DNA of 64,000 nt from a candidate division FCPU426 bacterium (GTDB taxonomy: Bacteria > Oederibacteriota > Muellerivitia > Muellerivitales > Muellerivitaceae). The DNA lies in contig PLZG01000054.1 in the NCBI GenBank assembly GCA_003152075.1, positions 21,067 to 85,066 of the forward strand. The letters run 5' to 3'. Of this stretch, positions 17,630 to 25,771 are shown one piece after another. The first letter of the stretch is position 1. The number at the start of each line of letters is the position of its first letter. Both the position numbers and the translations under genes were made by a program. The notes under the pieces are model-generated. The model was not told where the DNA came from. It did no database searches and saw only the letters and a program-made list of their open reading frames with translations.

Positions 17630-18994
17630 ATGACCTTTAAAAAATTTTCCCAAAGTCTCGCCTTTTGCTCGCTACTTCTAGCGGCCCCTGCTGTCTTTGC
17701 CGCCACCGAATTAGTCCCCCCGAGCGCCCAACTGGCTTTTCCCCTTGAAAACCAGGGCGGCTCGGCACGGGCCAACGCCATGGGGTCGGCCTTCGTGGCC
17801 GTGGGTGGCGACGTGTCCGCGCTTTCGTGGAATCCGGCGGGCCTTGCCAGCCTCACTTCCGCCCAATTGGCCCTCCACCATAATTTTTACCTGCAGGATT
17901 TAACGCAGGACACGCTCCTTTTCGCGACTCCGCAGGGGGATTTTGGCAGTTGGGGCCTTTCGGCCAGTTACCTTGGTTACGGCAGCCTGCAGGGCCGGGA
18001 TTCCAACGGCGTGGTGACAGGCAGTTACAACGCGGGAAGATGGGGCGGTGAAATCGCCTGGGCTCATGTCCTATTCCAGGGTTTTGCTATTGGACTGGGG
18101 TTGAAGGGGAACCTGCTGGATTTATCGGGGGCGGATTACTCGAATATCGCGGGGGATGTGGGAGCCTTGTGGGACGTCACTTCCACCTTCCACGTAGGCG
18201 CTTCTTATGACAATTGGGGCACGGATATCAGCGGAAACATCGCCAATTCGGTCATCCGTTTTGGGGGAGCCTATGACTGGGCTGTTTCTTTCAACAACCA
18301 GGCCCTACTCGCCGGGAGCCTTTTCTTGGAGCCTTTCGGCGTCGCCCGATTGAACATAGGGGCGGAAGATGTGTTCAACTCTTTCCTGTCCCTGCGCGCG
18401 GGCTATGTGGCGGGCTTATCCTCAACACTTCTTCAGGGCTTGACCGGCTTGACGGCCGGGTTGGGTTTAAAGCTGCAGGATTTCAATTTGGATTACGCCT
18501 ACTCCCCCTTCGGCGACCTGGGAACTTCCCAAAGGGTGAGTCTCACTTACCATTTCGAGGGGGCGGCCCCCAAAACCACACCAGTTCCCGGTTCCTCCAC
18601 CAAAAGCACGCAGACAAAAGCCACACCGACTCCGGCCAAAGCCATCCCGGTCACCGTTTATGCCACCCCACCGCCCGGCCCCACGGCTACTCCCGCTCCC
18701 GCGGAGCCAAAGAAGGATGTGGAAAAATTGAGGCTTTTATTCAGTCTTCCGGAAAATCAAAATGATTCCGCTGGGACATCCGACCTGGATTGGGACCAGA
18801 AGGTCCAAGCCGACAAGGACGCCATCGATAAGGACGCGAAGAACCTTTCGGCCTGGTATGAATTGGCTATGCTTTATTACCAAAAGGGCAAAAAAGAAGA
18901 CGCCATCCAATGTTTTGAGCAGACCTTACGCTTGAAACCCGACAATGAAAAGTTGAGGAATTGGCTCAAAAAATATAAAGAACGGCAACAATAG
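17630..18994 (+). CDS. PorV/PorQ (FadL-like) outer-membrane barrel with Pro/Thr linker and C-terminal TPR
   Basis: GGSARANAMGSAFVAV..D.SAL.WNPAGL, LRAGY, LDYAYSPFGDLGTSQRVSL; TPR AWYELAMLYYQKG..EDAIQCFEQTLRLKP; ATG at 17630. Confidence 0.88.
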   Translation: MTFKKFSQSLAFCSLLLAAPAVFAATELVPPSAQLAFPLENQGGSARANAMGSAFVAVGGDVSALSWNPAGLASLTSAQLALHHNFYLQDLTQDTLLFATPQGDFGSWGLSASYLGYGSLQGRDSNGVVTGSYNAGRWGGEIAWAHVLFQGFAIGLGLKGNLLDLSGADYSNIAGDVGALWDVTSTFHVGASYDNWGTDISGNIANSVIRFGGAYDWAVSFNNQALLAGSLFLEPFGVARLNIGAEDVFNSFLSLRAGYVAGLSSTLLQGLTGLTAGLGLKLQDFNLDYAYSPFGDLGTSQRVSLTYHFEGAAPKTTPVPGSSTKSTQTKATPTPAKAIPVTVYATPPPGPTATPAPAEPKKDVEKLRLLFSLPENQNDSAGTSDLDWDQKVQADKDAIDKDAKNLSAWYELAMLYYQKGKKEDAIQCFEQTLRLKPDNEKLRNWLKKYKERQQ

Positions 18995-19015
18995 TGCAAT
19001 TATTTCATAAAGTTT

Positions 19016-19044
19016 GGAATAACTGGGCGGTCCAAATCATTATT
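19016..19044 (+). promoter_or_regulatory. Putative autoregulatory ECF promoter (GGAATAA-N15-CATTATT)
   Basis: Directly upstream of the sigma gene TTG at 19058. Confidence 0.82.
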
Positions 19045-19057
19045 TAAGTGAGGGGCC

Positions 19058-19624
19058 TTGAGCGAAACGGAGCTGATCCAACAAGTTTTAGCGGGGGATG
19101 AGGGGGCGAAGACCCGTCTCTATGAGGAACACACCCATCGGTTGAAGCCGATTTGCGTACATTTCTTGGGCTACCAGGATTCGGACATCGATGACATCGT
19201 CCAACAAACTTTCCTGATCGCCTTCCAAAAGCTTCCTGAATTTGAACCTCGAAGCACCCTCTACACCTGGCTTGCCCATATTTGCGTGAACCTTTGTTAC
19301 GAAAGGATCCGTCGGCGGAAAAAATTCCTGGTGAGCCTTCAGGAGGATTTGGAACAAATGACGGCGTCCCTGGTGCACTCGCGGGAACATGACAAAGGCG
19401 TGAAGGACGAAGATGGCAGGAAAATGCAGCTTCTGGAGAAGTTGATCCAGACGATGAGCGAGAAATGCCGGAAAATCATCGAGCTCAGGGACAAGTCGGG
19501 CGAGAGTTACGCCGACATTGGTAAGGTAATGAAGATTCCCATTGGAACAGTGATGTCCCAATTGGCCCGGTGCCGGGAAACGTTGAAACAGATGGTGCAG
19601 AGCAGCCTGAAGGAAGGTTTGTAA
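19058..19624 (+). CDS. ECF RNA polymerase sigma factor (module 1)
   Basis: Region 2 DDIVQQTF..F..RSTLYTWL..I.VN; region 4 SYADI..MKIPIGTVMSQLARCR. Confidence 0.95.
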   Translation: MSETELIQQVLAGDEGAKTRLYEEHTHRLKPICVHFLGYQDSDIDDIVQQTFLIAFQKLPEFEPRSTLYTWLAHICVNLCYERIRRRKKFLVSLQEDLEQMTASLVHSREHDKGVKDEDGRKMQLLEKLIQTMSEKCRKIIELRDKSGESYADIGKVMKIPIGTVMSQLARCRETLKQMVQSSLKEGL

Positions 19625-20382
19625 TGGCCGATTTATTGTTGGAATTTTTTAAGCGGGACTTAACCGAGGCCGAGGAACAACAGCTGGCGAACCTGATCGC
19701 GGGAGCGCCCCAGCAATCCTTGCGTTTCGCGGAACTGGCCCATGCCGCTTACCTTCAAACGGGCCTGCCCGATACGGGTGGGGGTAACGGAGGCAATGGC
19801 TCGGGCGGTTTTGGCGGCGGAGGAATGACCCATCTGATCGGCCCCATTCTCCTGAAAAGCGTGGTGCTATTGACGCTCACGGGCCTCACTGCTTATGGAA
19901 TATTCCGCTTGCTTCATGCGGCCCCGATTCCTTCCGTTTCCTTGCCTCCCGCGGTCATTCAAAATATTGCTCCCGCAAAACCACAACCTGTTATTCCCAA
20001 GGTGATTTCCGTTACGAAGCCGGCAAAGCCCGCGCCCCAGGCGCCCCTCCAAACCCTTCCCTTGAAGGCCTTGGCCAAGCCGGGCATGGTTAATCCGGTG
20101 GCCTATGATTCCGCTAAGAAATACGAGGGCCTGGACATTATGGTGGAACAGAAAACCTCCGGTTTGTTGACCGTGCGGGCCCTGGACAGCGGCAAAAACG
20201 AGGTGCGGTTGCTCTTCGCCGGCATGTTGAAGCCCGGCAAATGGGATTTCGTATGGGATGGAAAGACGGAAAATGGGGAACCGGCCCAGCCTGGAACCTA
20301 CCGGGTGGAAGTGCAGTCGGGCAAGGAAGTTTTGACCAAGGCAGTTGTGATCCGCGGTGAAGCCGTCGCCAGCCAGAAGTAA
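19624..20382 (+). CDS. Putative anti-sigma factor: cytoplasmic helix domain, TM, Pro-rich linker, FlgD-Ig domain
   Basis: TAATG coupling to the sigma gene; one TM; VRLLF.G...PG...F.WDGK.ENG....PGTYRVEV. Confidence 0.82.
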   Translation: MADLLLEFFKRDLTEAEEQQLANLIAGAPQQSLRFAELAHAAYLQTGLPDTGGGNGGNGSGGFGGGGMTHLIGPILLKSVVLLTLTGLTAYGIFRLLHAAPIPSVSLPPAVIQNIAPAKPQPVIPKVISVTKPAKPAPQAPLQTLPLKALAKPGMVNPVAYDSAKKYEGLDIMVEQKTSGLLTVRALDSGKNEVRLLFAGMLKPGKWDFVWDGKTENGEPAQPGTYRVEVQSGKEVLTKAVVIRGEAVASQK

Positions 20383-20416
20383 ATTCTTCTAAAAATCCTT
20401 CAAAAAAGACAATTTG

Positions 20417-20510
20417 AACCACCAAGAAACCCGAACGGAAAGAATTTTGATTTATCTGGAAAAGATTGTGATTTTTCTTTCCTTGGTGACCTTGGTGTCT
20501 TGGTGGTGAA
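20417..20510. repeat. Family B inverted repeat
   Basis: AACCACCAAG...CTTGGTGACCTTGGTGTCTTGGTGGTGAA. Confidence 0.7.
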
Positions 20511-20528
20511 ATGGGGTTTTCTTGGGGT

Positions 20529-20563
20529 AAAAATATAAAGGCCCGGGGATTTGCCCCCGGGCC
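20529..20563 (-). terminator. Intrinsic terminator on the - strand
   Basis: GGCCCGGGG-loop-CCCCGGGCC followed by TTTATATTTTT on -. Confidence 0.8.
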
Positions 20564-20655
20564 GCTATATGGTGCTTCTTAGATAACGCGCTGAATAAAG
20601 GTCTTTATACCGCCGGGAGTCTCTAGCGCATCCCGCGCTCATGTTTTCCCCGCTG
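20530..20655 (-). ncRNA. Candidate ECF-dependent sRNA (or mRNA for a 25-aa peptide at 20565-20642)
   Basis: Bounded by a module-1 promoter motif and an intrinsic terminator; no long ORF between them. Confidence 0.5.
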
Positions 20656-20658
20656 ACT

Positions 20659-20687
20659 AATAATGTTTTTCGGCGAAGGTTTATTCC
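20659..20687 (-). promoter_or_regulatory. Putative ECF promoter, module 1 (GGAATAA-N15-CATTATT)
   Basis: Exact motif and spacing on the - strand. Confidence 0.78.
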
Positions 20688-20765
20688 AAAAATAATTTAA
20701 TTTTCGGGGAAATTTTAGGGTGGTTTTGAGCTCAAAATAAGGCAAGAACCGTAAATCAAAATAAT

Positions 20766-20841
20766 CCTCTCCCCTTGCGGGAGGGAGTAGGGTGAGGGGT
20801 AATTTGACCTTTCGGAGGGGCAAGGCATGCCTTGCCCTTAC
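20766..20841. repeat. Family A unit followed by a REP-like palindrome
   Basis: CCTCTCCCCTTGCGGGAGGGAGTAGGGTGAGGGG; GGGCAAGGCATGCCTTGCCCTTACA. Confidence 0.65.
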
Positions 20842-20865
20842 AACCGCAGAGAGTAGAATCTAATT

Positions 20866-21369
20866 ATGCCCGAAACCATCCCCAAAACCTGCCCCCGATG
20901 CGACCAGCCCCTGACGGGTACGGAAAGAGTCTGCCCTTCCTGCCGGAAGCCGCTGGTTAAGACGGAGGGGTTAGCCTCTGTCGGGGCCAAGGGGCCTGTC
21001 TGCCCCATCTGCAAGATTCCCGTTTATCCCGCCACCCTGGACAGCCATGAGGTTATTCACTGCGCCGAATGTGAGGGGTTGGGAGTCAGCCGGGAAGTCA
21101 TGATGAAGCTACAGCCCCAGGGGAAGAAAGAAGTGCAGATCGGCCCCGAAGAGCGGGAACATAAGACTCCCGCTTTCTTTGAGCCCCGCAAGAAGCCGTC
21201 CTTTCTCATTTGCCCCTTTTGCGGAAAGCGGATGGAACCCGTGAAGCTGGGGAAGACGGAATTGGACGTTTGTGAAAAGTGCGCTGGCCTTTGGCTGGAA
21301 GGCCCCAAGTTAGAAATGTTTCAGGATATTATCGGGCCCTATAAGTGGAAGGTGATTAAGCAGAAGTAA
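20866..21369 (+). CDS. Multi zinc-ribbon protein (zf-TFIIB-like)
   Basis: Six CxxC pairs; CPFC...M......LDVCEKCAGLWLEG. Confidence 0.85.
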   Translation: MPETIPKTCPRCDQPLTGTERVCPSCRKPLVKTEGLASVGAKGPVCPICKIPVYPATLDSHEVIHCAECEGLGVSREVMMKLQPQGKKEVQIGPEEREHKTPAFFEPRKKPSFLICPFCGKRMEPVKLGKTELDVCEKCAGLWLEGPKLEMFQDIIGPYKWKVIKQK

Positions 21370-21394
21370 GGTTGTAATCTCTGAAAAATATTTT

Positions 21395-21472
21395 TGTAGG
21401 GGCGCGATTTATCGCGCCCGAGACGGAAACAATTGAAAACAAAGGCCGGGCGGGATGAATCCCGCCCCTACA
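21395..21472. repeat. GTAG-type REP doublet (family E)
   Basis: TGTAGGGGCGCGATTTATCGCGCCC...GGGCGGGATGAATCCCGCCCCTACA. Confidence 0.85.
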
Positions 21473-21527
21473 ACGGCAAAAACAGCGCCGATAGATGAGC
21501 TTTTCAGTGGTTACAGGTTTACTCCCC

Positions 21528-22661
21528 TCAATAACGAACCGAAAGCCCCAGTCCCGCGTCCCCTCCGGTGTAATCGATCGTGGCCCAGCGCAGGCCATTG
21601 GTTCCGATATAGGTGGTGGAGGCCGTTCCAATGTAATTGTTCTTATCCATGGCCAGACCCTCCTGTTGGATGTTACCGTTGGTATCCACGAATTGGCCCT
21701 GGATATTGGTGGTCGAGGCGACACGCCCTTCCGCGAACAGGCTCAGCATGAAGTCCCGGGTCAAGTAAATCTCAAAGCTCAGGTTCAGGCTGCCCCCAAA
21801 CCCAAACCCGGTCATGGGGCCTGTTATGACAACGTTGTTGTTGACGGCCTGCTCGACTTGCAGGTTGGTGACATAAAGCCCTGGGCCGGCCCCCACCCTC
21901 AAACGGTTTGGCCCGAAGGCGAAGAAGCGGGAGTATTTGACTTCCACGGCGCCCATGACGGGAGAAAAAGAATCGAGGCCGCTGTAGAAGCCTTGGGAGT
22001 ATTGATCTTTATAACCGTCAAATAACCCAATGTCGGCCGATAAGCTGATGGCGTTGTGGCTGTCAAAGGAATAGCCAGCCTCCACGCCCAACAGAACCCC
22101 CAGGTTGCCGTTGGTGGCGGTGCCTAAGTTAACGGCTTGGTTTTTTTTGACCGTATCCGCCCCGGTTTGAAGATCCCCTAGTGTGGCAAAAACGGGGGCC
22201 AAGTGAAAATTAACCCATTTTCCCTCCCCGAAGACGGTGATGGTTTCCTTGGCGGTTTTCACCGTGGGCGAGGAGGTGTTTTCGGAGCCAGGCGGAGGGG
22301 CGGTGGCCGAGGTTACGGGGGGCGGCATGGCAAGGGACGCGCGGATTTGGTCGGCGAAGTTTTTGAGGGGAAGGTTGTCGGGGTGGAGTAGGAGGCTTTG
22401 GTCAAAGGCCGCCAGCGCGGTTTGGCGGTCGTTGGTTTTGTAATAGGCGTAGCCCAAAATCTGGTAGGCCTGCCAATTGGAAGGGTCCACTTGCGTGGCG
22501 GCCTTGAGGTATTGGACGGCCCGGTTGTAATCTCCCGTTTGATAAAGGGATAGGCCGGCTCGGTAGTATTCCGCTGAGGTGGCGGCGAAAGAAGGGGCGG
22601 TGAGCCCACAAGCGAATAAAAGAGCAAGGAAGACCCAAAGCGAAGAAATACGAAGTTTCAT
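21528..22661 (-). CDS. Secreted protein: N-terminal TPRs, Pro linker, C-terminal outer-membrane beta-barrel
   Basis: Signal peptide (SFA-A), two TPRs, amphipathic strands, terminal GLGLSVRY beta-signal. Confidence 0.82.
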   Translation of the reverse strand: MKLRISSLWVFLALLFACGLTAPSFAATSAEYYRAGLSLYQTGDYNRAVQYLKAATQVDPSNWQAYQILGYAYYKTNDRQTALAAFDQSLLLHPDNLPLKNFADQIRASLAMPPPVTSATAPPPGSENTSSPTVKTAKETITVFGEGKWVNFHLAPVFATLGDLQTGADTVKKNQAVNLGTATNGNLGVLLGVEAGYSFDSHNAISLSADIGLFDGYKDQYSQGFYSGLDSFSPVMGAVEVKYSRFFAFGPNRLRVGAGPGLYVTNLQVEQAVNNNVVITGPMTGFGFGGSLNLSFEIYLTRDFMLSLFAEGRVASTTNIQGQFVDTNGNIQQEGLAMDKNNYIGTASTTYIGTNGLRWATIDYTGGDAGLGLSVRY

Positions 22662-22692
22662 ATTAAGAACTTCTAACAAAATTCAAAGGCAT

Positions 22693-22785
22693 TGAAACAG
22701 GGATGGACGCGGATAAACGCAGATTCAGAAGAAATAAGGTGTTTGAAGCTTTTTTATCAGCGTTCATCAGCGTTTATCACTGTTC
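22693..22785. repeat. Inverted repeat element (family B-like, ACGCGGATAAACGCAGAT type)
   Basis: AACAGGGATGGACGCGGATAAACGCAGAT...ATCAGCGTTCATCAGCGTTTATCACTGTT. Confidence 0.7.
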
Positions 22786-22971
22786 CAAAGATTTTGTTAG
22801 AGCCTCTAAGAATCTTTTAATAGGTTCTGGATTTCGTTGGAGGGATTCTAACAAACCTTAAATGGGGACGCTATAACTAGGGCAATCCGGTTACGGAAAC
22901 GTAACTCCTTGCCTCTTTCCCCCGGAAGCCGTAATGATAGGGATGAATAAGGACAGTTAAGGAGAGTTCCC

Positions 22972-24006
22972 ATGAAAGCCAAATCAGCCGAAAGCACTAG
23001 TGTTGTGAAGCGGGTAATGAACCTGGGGTTCCCCTGGGAAACGGCCGATCCCTTTCTCTTTTGCGTCCACCATGATGACGCCTACCCAGCGGGCAACGAC
23101 CAACTGGGGCCCCAGGCTTCCCTCACGGACCGCAAAATGGGCAACGATTTCGCGGGCAAGGATGGCTGGCGAATGTACCACGGGGAAGTGGTCCCGGGTT
23201 TTCCCCAGCACCCGCACCGGGGCTTTGAGACCGTGACCATCGCTCGCCAGGGCTATATTGACCATTCGGATTCCCTGGGCGCCACCGCCCGGTTCGGCCA
23301 AGGCGACGCCCAATGGCTTACCGCCGGCAAGGGCATCAACCATTCGGAAATGTTCCCGTTGCTGGACCCCAAGAAACCCAACCCGCTCGAGCTTTTCCAA
23401 ATCTGGCTGAACCTGCCCAAGGCGGGGAAGATGGTCGCGCCTTATTTTTCAATGCAATGGGCGAATAAAATTCCGAAGGTGACTGCCACCGACGAGGCGG
23501 GAAGAAAGACGGAAGTGACTCTCATTGCAGGGCAATTGGGGGATGTGAAGGCCCTGGCCCCACCGCCAGATTCCTGGGCTTCCCGGCCTGAAAGCGACCT
23601 GGCCATTTGGACTTTGAAGATGGCTCCGAAGGCCCAATGGACTTTACCCAAGGCGAAGAAGGGAACGAACCGCACCCTTTATTTGTTCCGGGGGAACTCC
23701 ATCACCATCGGGGGCGAGGTGGTGAAAATTCGCCAAGGGGTCGAGTTGGAGCCCGATCAGGATGTGTTATTGGAGAACGGTGACCAGGAAGGCCAATTGC
23801 TTCTTCTGCAGGGCCGCCCCATCGGGGAGCCGGTGGCCCAGTACGGGCCTTTCGTCATGAACACCCCGGGGGAGATCGAACAGGCTTTCGAGGATTATCG
23901 CCGGACCCAATTCGGGGGTTGGCCCTGGAAGGCCGATGACCCGGTTCATCCCCGCGGGGAGACCCGCTTTGCCAAGCACGCCGACGGACGCGTCGAACGG
24001 CCTTGA
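22972..24006 (+). CDS. Pirin family protein
   Basis: GFPQHPHRGFETVT, DHSDSLG, TAGKGINHSEM, YGPFVMNT. Confidence 0.95.
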   Translation: MKAKSAESTSVVKRVMNLGFPWETADPFLFCVHHDDAYPAGNDQLGPQASLTDRKMGNDFAGKDGWRMYHGEVVPGFPQHPHRGFETVTIARQGYIDHSDSLGATARFGQGDAQWLTAGKGINHSEMFPLLDPKKPNPLELFQIWLNLPKAGKMVAPYFSMQWANKIPKVTATDEAGRKTEVTLIAGQLGDVKALAPPPDSWASRPESDLAIWTLKMAPKAQWTLPKAKKGTNRTLYLFRGNSITIGGEVVKIRQGVELEPDQDVLLENGDQEGQLLLLQGRPIGEPVAQYGPFVMNTPGEIEQAFEDYRRTQFGGWPWKADDPVHPRGETRFAKHADGRVERP

Positions 24007-24103
24007 TCAAGTTGTCCAAGTGTCTGTAACTTTACTCCAACCCGCCGGGTAAAATGGATCAAGCCGAAAAGTCGGTAGTGCTCAGTTAAGTTTTGGATTT
24101 GGA

Positions 24104-24311
24104 CTGTCATTGCGAGGAATGCACGCCGAATAGGCGGGCGGTCATGACGAAGCAACCCCAGTTTAAATATGCCGTTGAGGTGGATCCGGAACCAAGACTA
24201 GAACCACCTATGAACTTGAAGCCTGGTTGTAGTTGGCCTTCGGCCAACCACGGTCATCCGAAGTAAGGATGACCGCTTCAAGCCACCTCAAAATTCGAGG
24301 TTCGCAATGAC
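24104..24311. repeat. Family D repeat enclosing a multi-hairpin insert
   Basis: CTGTCATTGCGAG...TCGCAATGAC termini; nested stems at 24175-24291. Confidence 0.7.
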
Positions 24312-24348
24312 ATCTAAAAACGGCTAAACAATTAAAAAATTGGAAATG

Positions 24349-24380
24349 AAAACGGCGCTGGAAGTTAAGATTCCAGCGCC
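24349..24380 (-). terminator. Probable intrinsic terminator
   Basis: CGGCGCTGGAA..TTCCAGCGCCG hairpin followed by TTTT on -. Confidence 0.65.
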
Positions 24381-24409
24381 GCTCGTGCGAAGTCAGCTGC
24401 TTCGAAAAT

Positions 24410-24832
24410 CTATCTGTCGTTTTCCTTGTTGTCCCTATTATCCTTAGCTTTTCCGTTGTTCTCGTCCCCGTTGTCCCTTTGTTTCTTTTCCCGATTATCC
24501 ATCTTGGGCCCAGGGTGGTATTTCGTCATGAACTTTTCGTGGTTCGCGTAGGGCTTATCCGAATCTTCGTCCACAGTTTCATAGGGGGAATCGCCGGAGT
24601 ACATCGCGGGGAGCTGTTCGGACTGTTGCCAGCCGCCGTTTTCTGGGTAGAAATAAACCTTTCGCTCGTAATCGTAATAGACTTGGGTCTTGGGATAGTA
24701 CCAGTAGTGATACCTGACCGTCGTATCGTCATCAGAGGTGGTGATGATCCACGATCCCCTACGGAGCATGCAGGAAGACAGCAGGAAAGTAAAAGAAAAC
24801 GCTACCACCGCGAAAAGTAGAATTCGTTTCAT
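24410..24832 (-). CDS. Hypothetical lipoprotein (Tyr-rich, YYP...YYD motif)
   Basis: Lipobox LSSC, AAGGA RBS, charged tail. Confidence 0.8.
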   Translation of the reverse strand: MKRILLFAVVAFSFTFLLSSCMLRRGSWIITTSDDDTTVRYHYWYYPKTQVYYDYERKVYFYPENGGWQQSEQLPAMYSGDSPYETVDEDSDKPYANHEKFMTKYHPGPKMDNREKKQRDNGDENNGKAKDNRDNKENDR

Positions 24833-25033
24833 GTTTGGTTCCTTTCAAATTAAAAAGTACGATTGGTTTTGCGTACAAAAAAGATGATAGACGCGGGTTT
24901 TTTTTGATTCAATGGCAAGGGCGACGTTAAGGAAGATTTATTTTTTTATCAAAATGATAGTTGGAACTATGTGTTTCCTTTAGTCTTGATGATATAAACA
25001 GTAAAGCTAAAATTAAAAAAATGGAGGCGCACT

Positions 25034-25771
25034 ATGGCGAAGATCAAGACTGTCAAAGGCGTGAAGGATCATAAAGTCGTGAGGTCCGAGGCGTGGTTGA
25101 AGGCCCGCAAGGCACTGCTTTTGAAAGAGAAAAAATTCACGAAGTTGCGCGACCAGTTGAACCAGCAAAGGCAGAACCTGCCCTGGGAAAAGGTGGAAAA
25201 GGACTATGGCTTTGACGGGTCCCAAGGCCGGGAAAGCCTGGCTGACCTGTTCGGGAACAAGAGCCAGCTCATCATTTGGCATTTTATGTTCGGGCCGGAC
25301 TGGAAAGAGGGCTGTTCCCATTGCTCCTTCTGGGCGGACAGTTTCAATGGCAACATCGTCCACATGGCGGCCCGGGATACCACCATGTTGGCCGTCTCCC
25401 GCGCCCCCTTGAAAAAGATCGAGCCTTTCCAAAAGCGCATGGGTTTGGACTTCAAGTGGGTCTCGTCCTTCAACACCGATTTCAACTACGACTACCAGGC
25501 TTCCTTCAGCCCGATGGACTTCAAACGGGGCAAAGCGGTCTATAACTACAAGGTCATCGAGCCTTTTTCCGACGAACTGCATGGGGTCAGCGTCTTTTAC
25601 AAGGATCCTCAGGGGGATATTTACCACACCTATTCCACCTACGGCCGGGGCGTGGACATGCTCAACAACGCCTACCAATATATCGACCTCACCGCGAAAG
25701 GCCGTGACGAGGACTTGTCGACCGACCATCCCTCGGGCTGGGTCCGCCACCACGACAAATACGCCAGGTGA
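25034..25771 (+). CDS. DUF899 thioredoxin-like protein
   Basis: W..AR..LL.KEK, HFMFGP, GCSHCSFWAD, VSRAP, DFNYDY, GRDE. Confidence 0.93.
   Translation: MAKIKTVKGVKDHKVVRSEAWLKARKALLLKEKKFTKLRDQLNQQRQNLPWEKVEKDYGFDGSQGRESLADLFGNKSQLIIWHFMFGPDWKEGCSHCSFWADSFNGNIVHMAARDTTMLAVSRAPLKKIEPFQKRMGLDFKWVSSFNTDFNYDYQASFSPMDFKRGKAVYNYKVIEPFSDELHGVSVFYKDPQGDIYHTYSTYGRGVDMLNNAYQYIDLTAKGRDEDLSTDHPSGWVRHHDKYAR

Noticed and set aside
24175..24291. tRNA or hammerhead ribozyme
   Set aside because: No T-loop/D-loop consensus and no CUGAUGA/GAAA core on either strand
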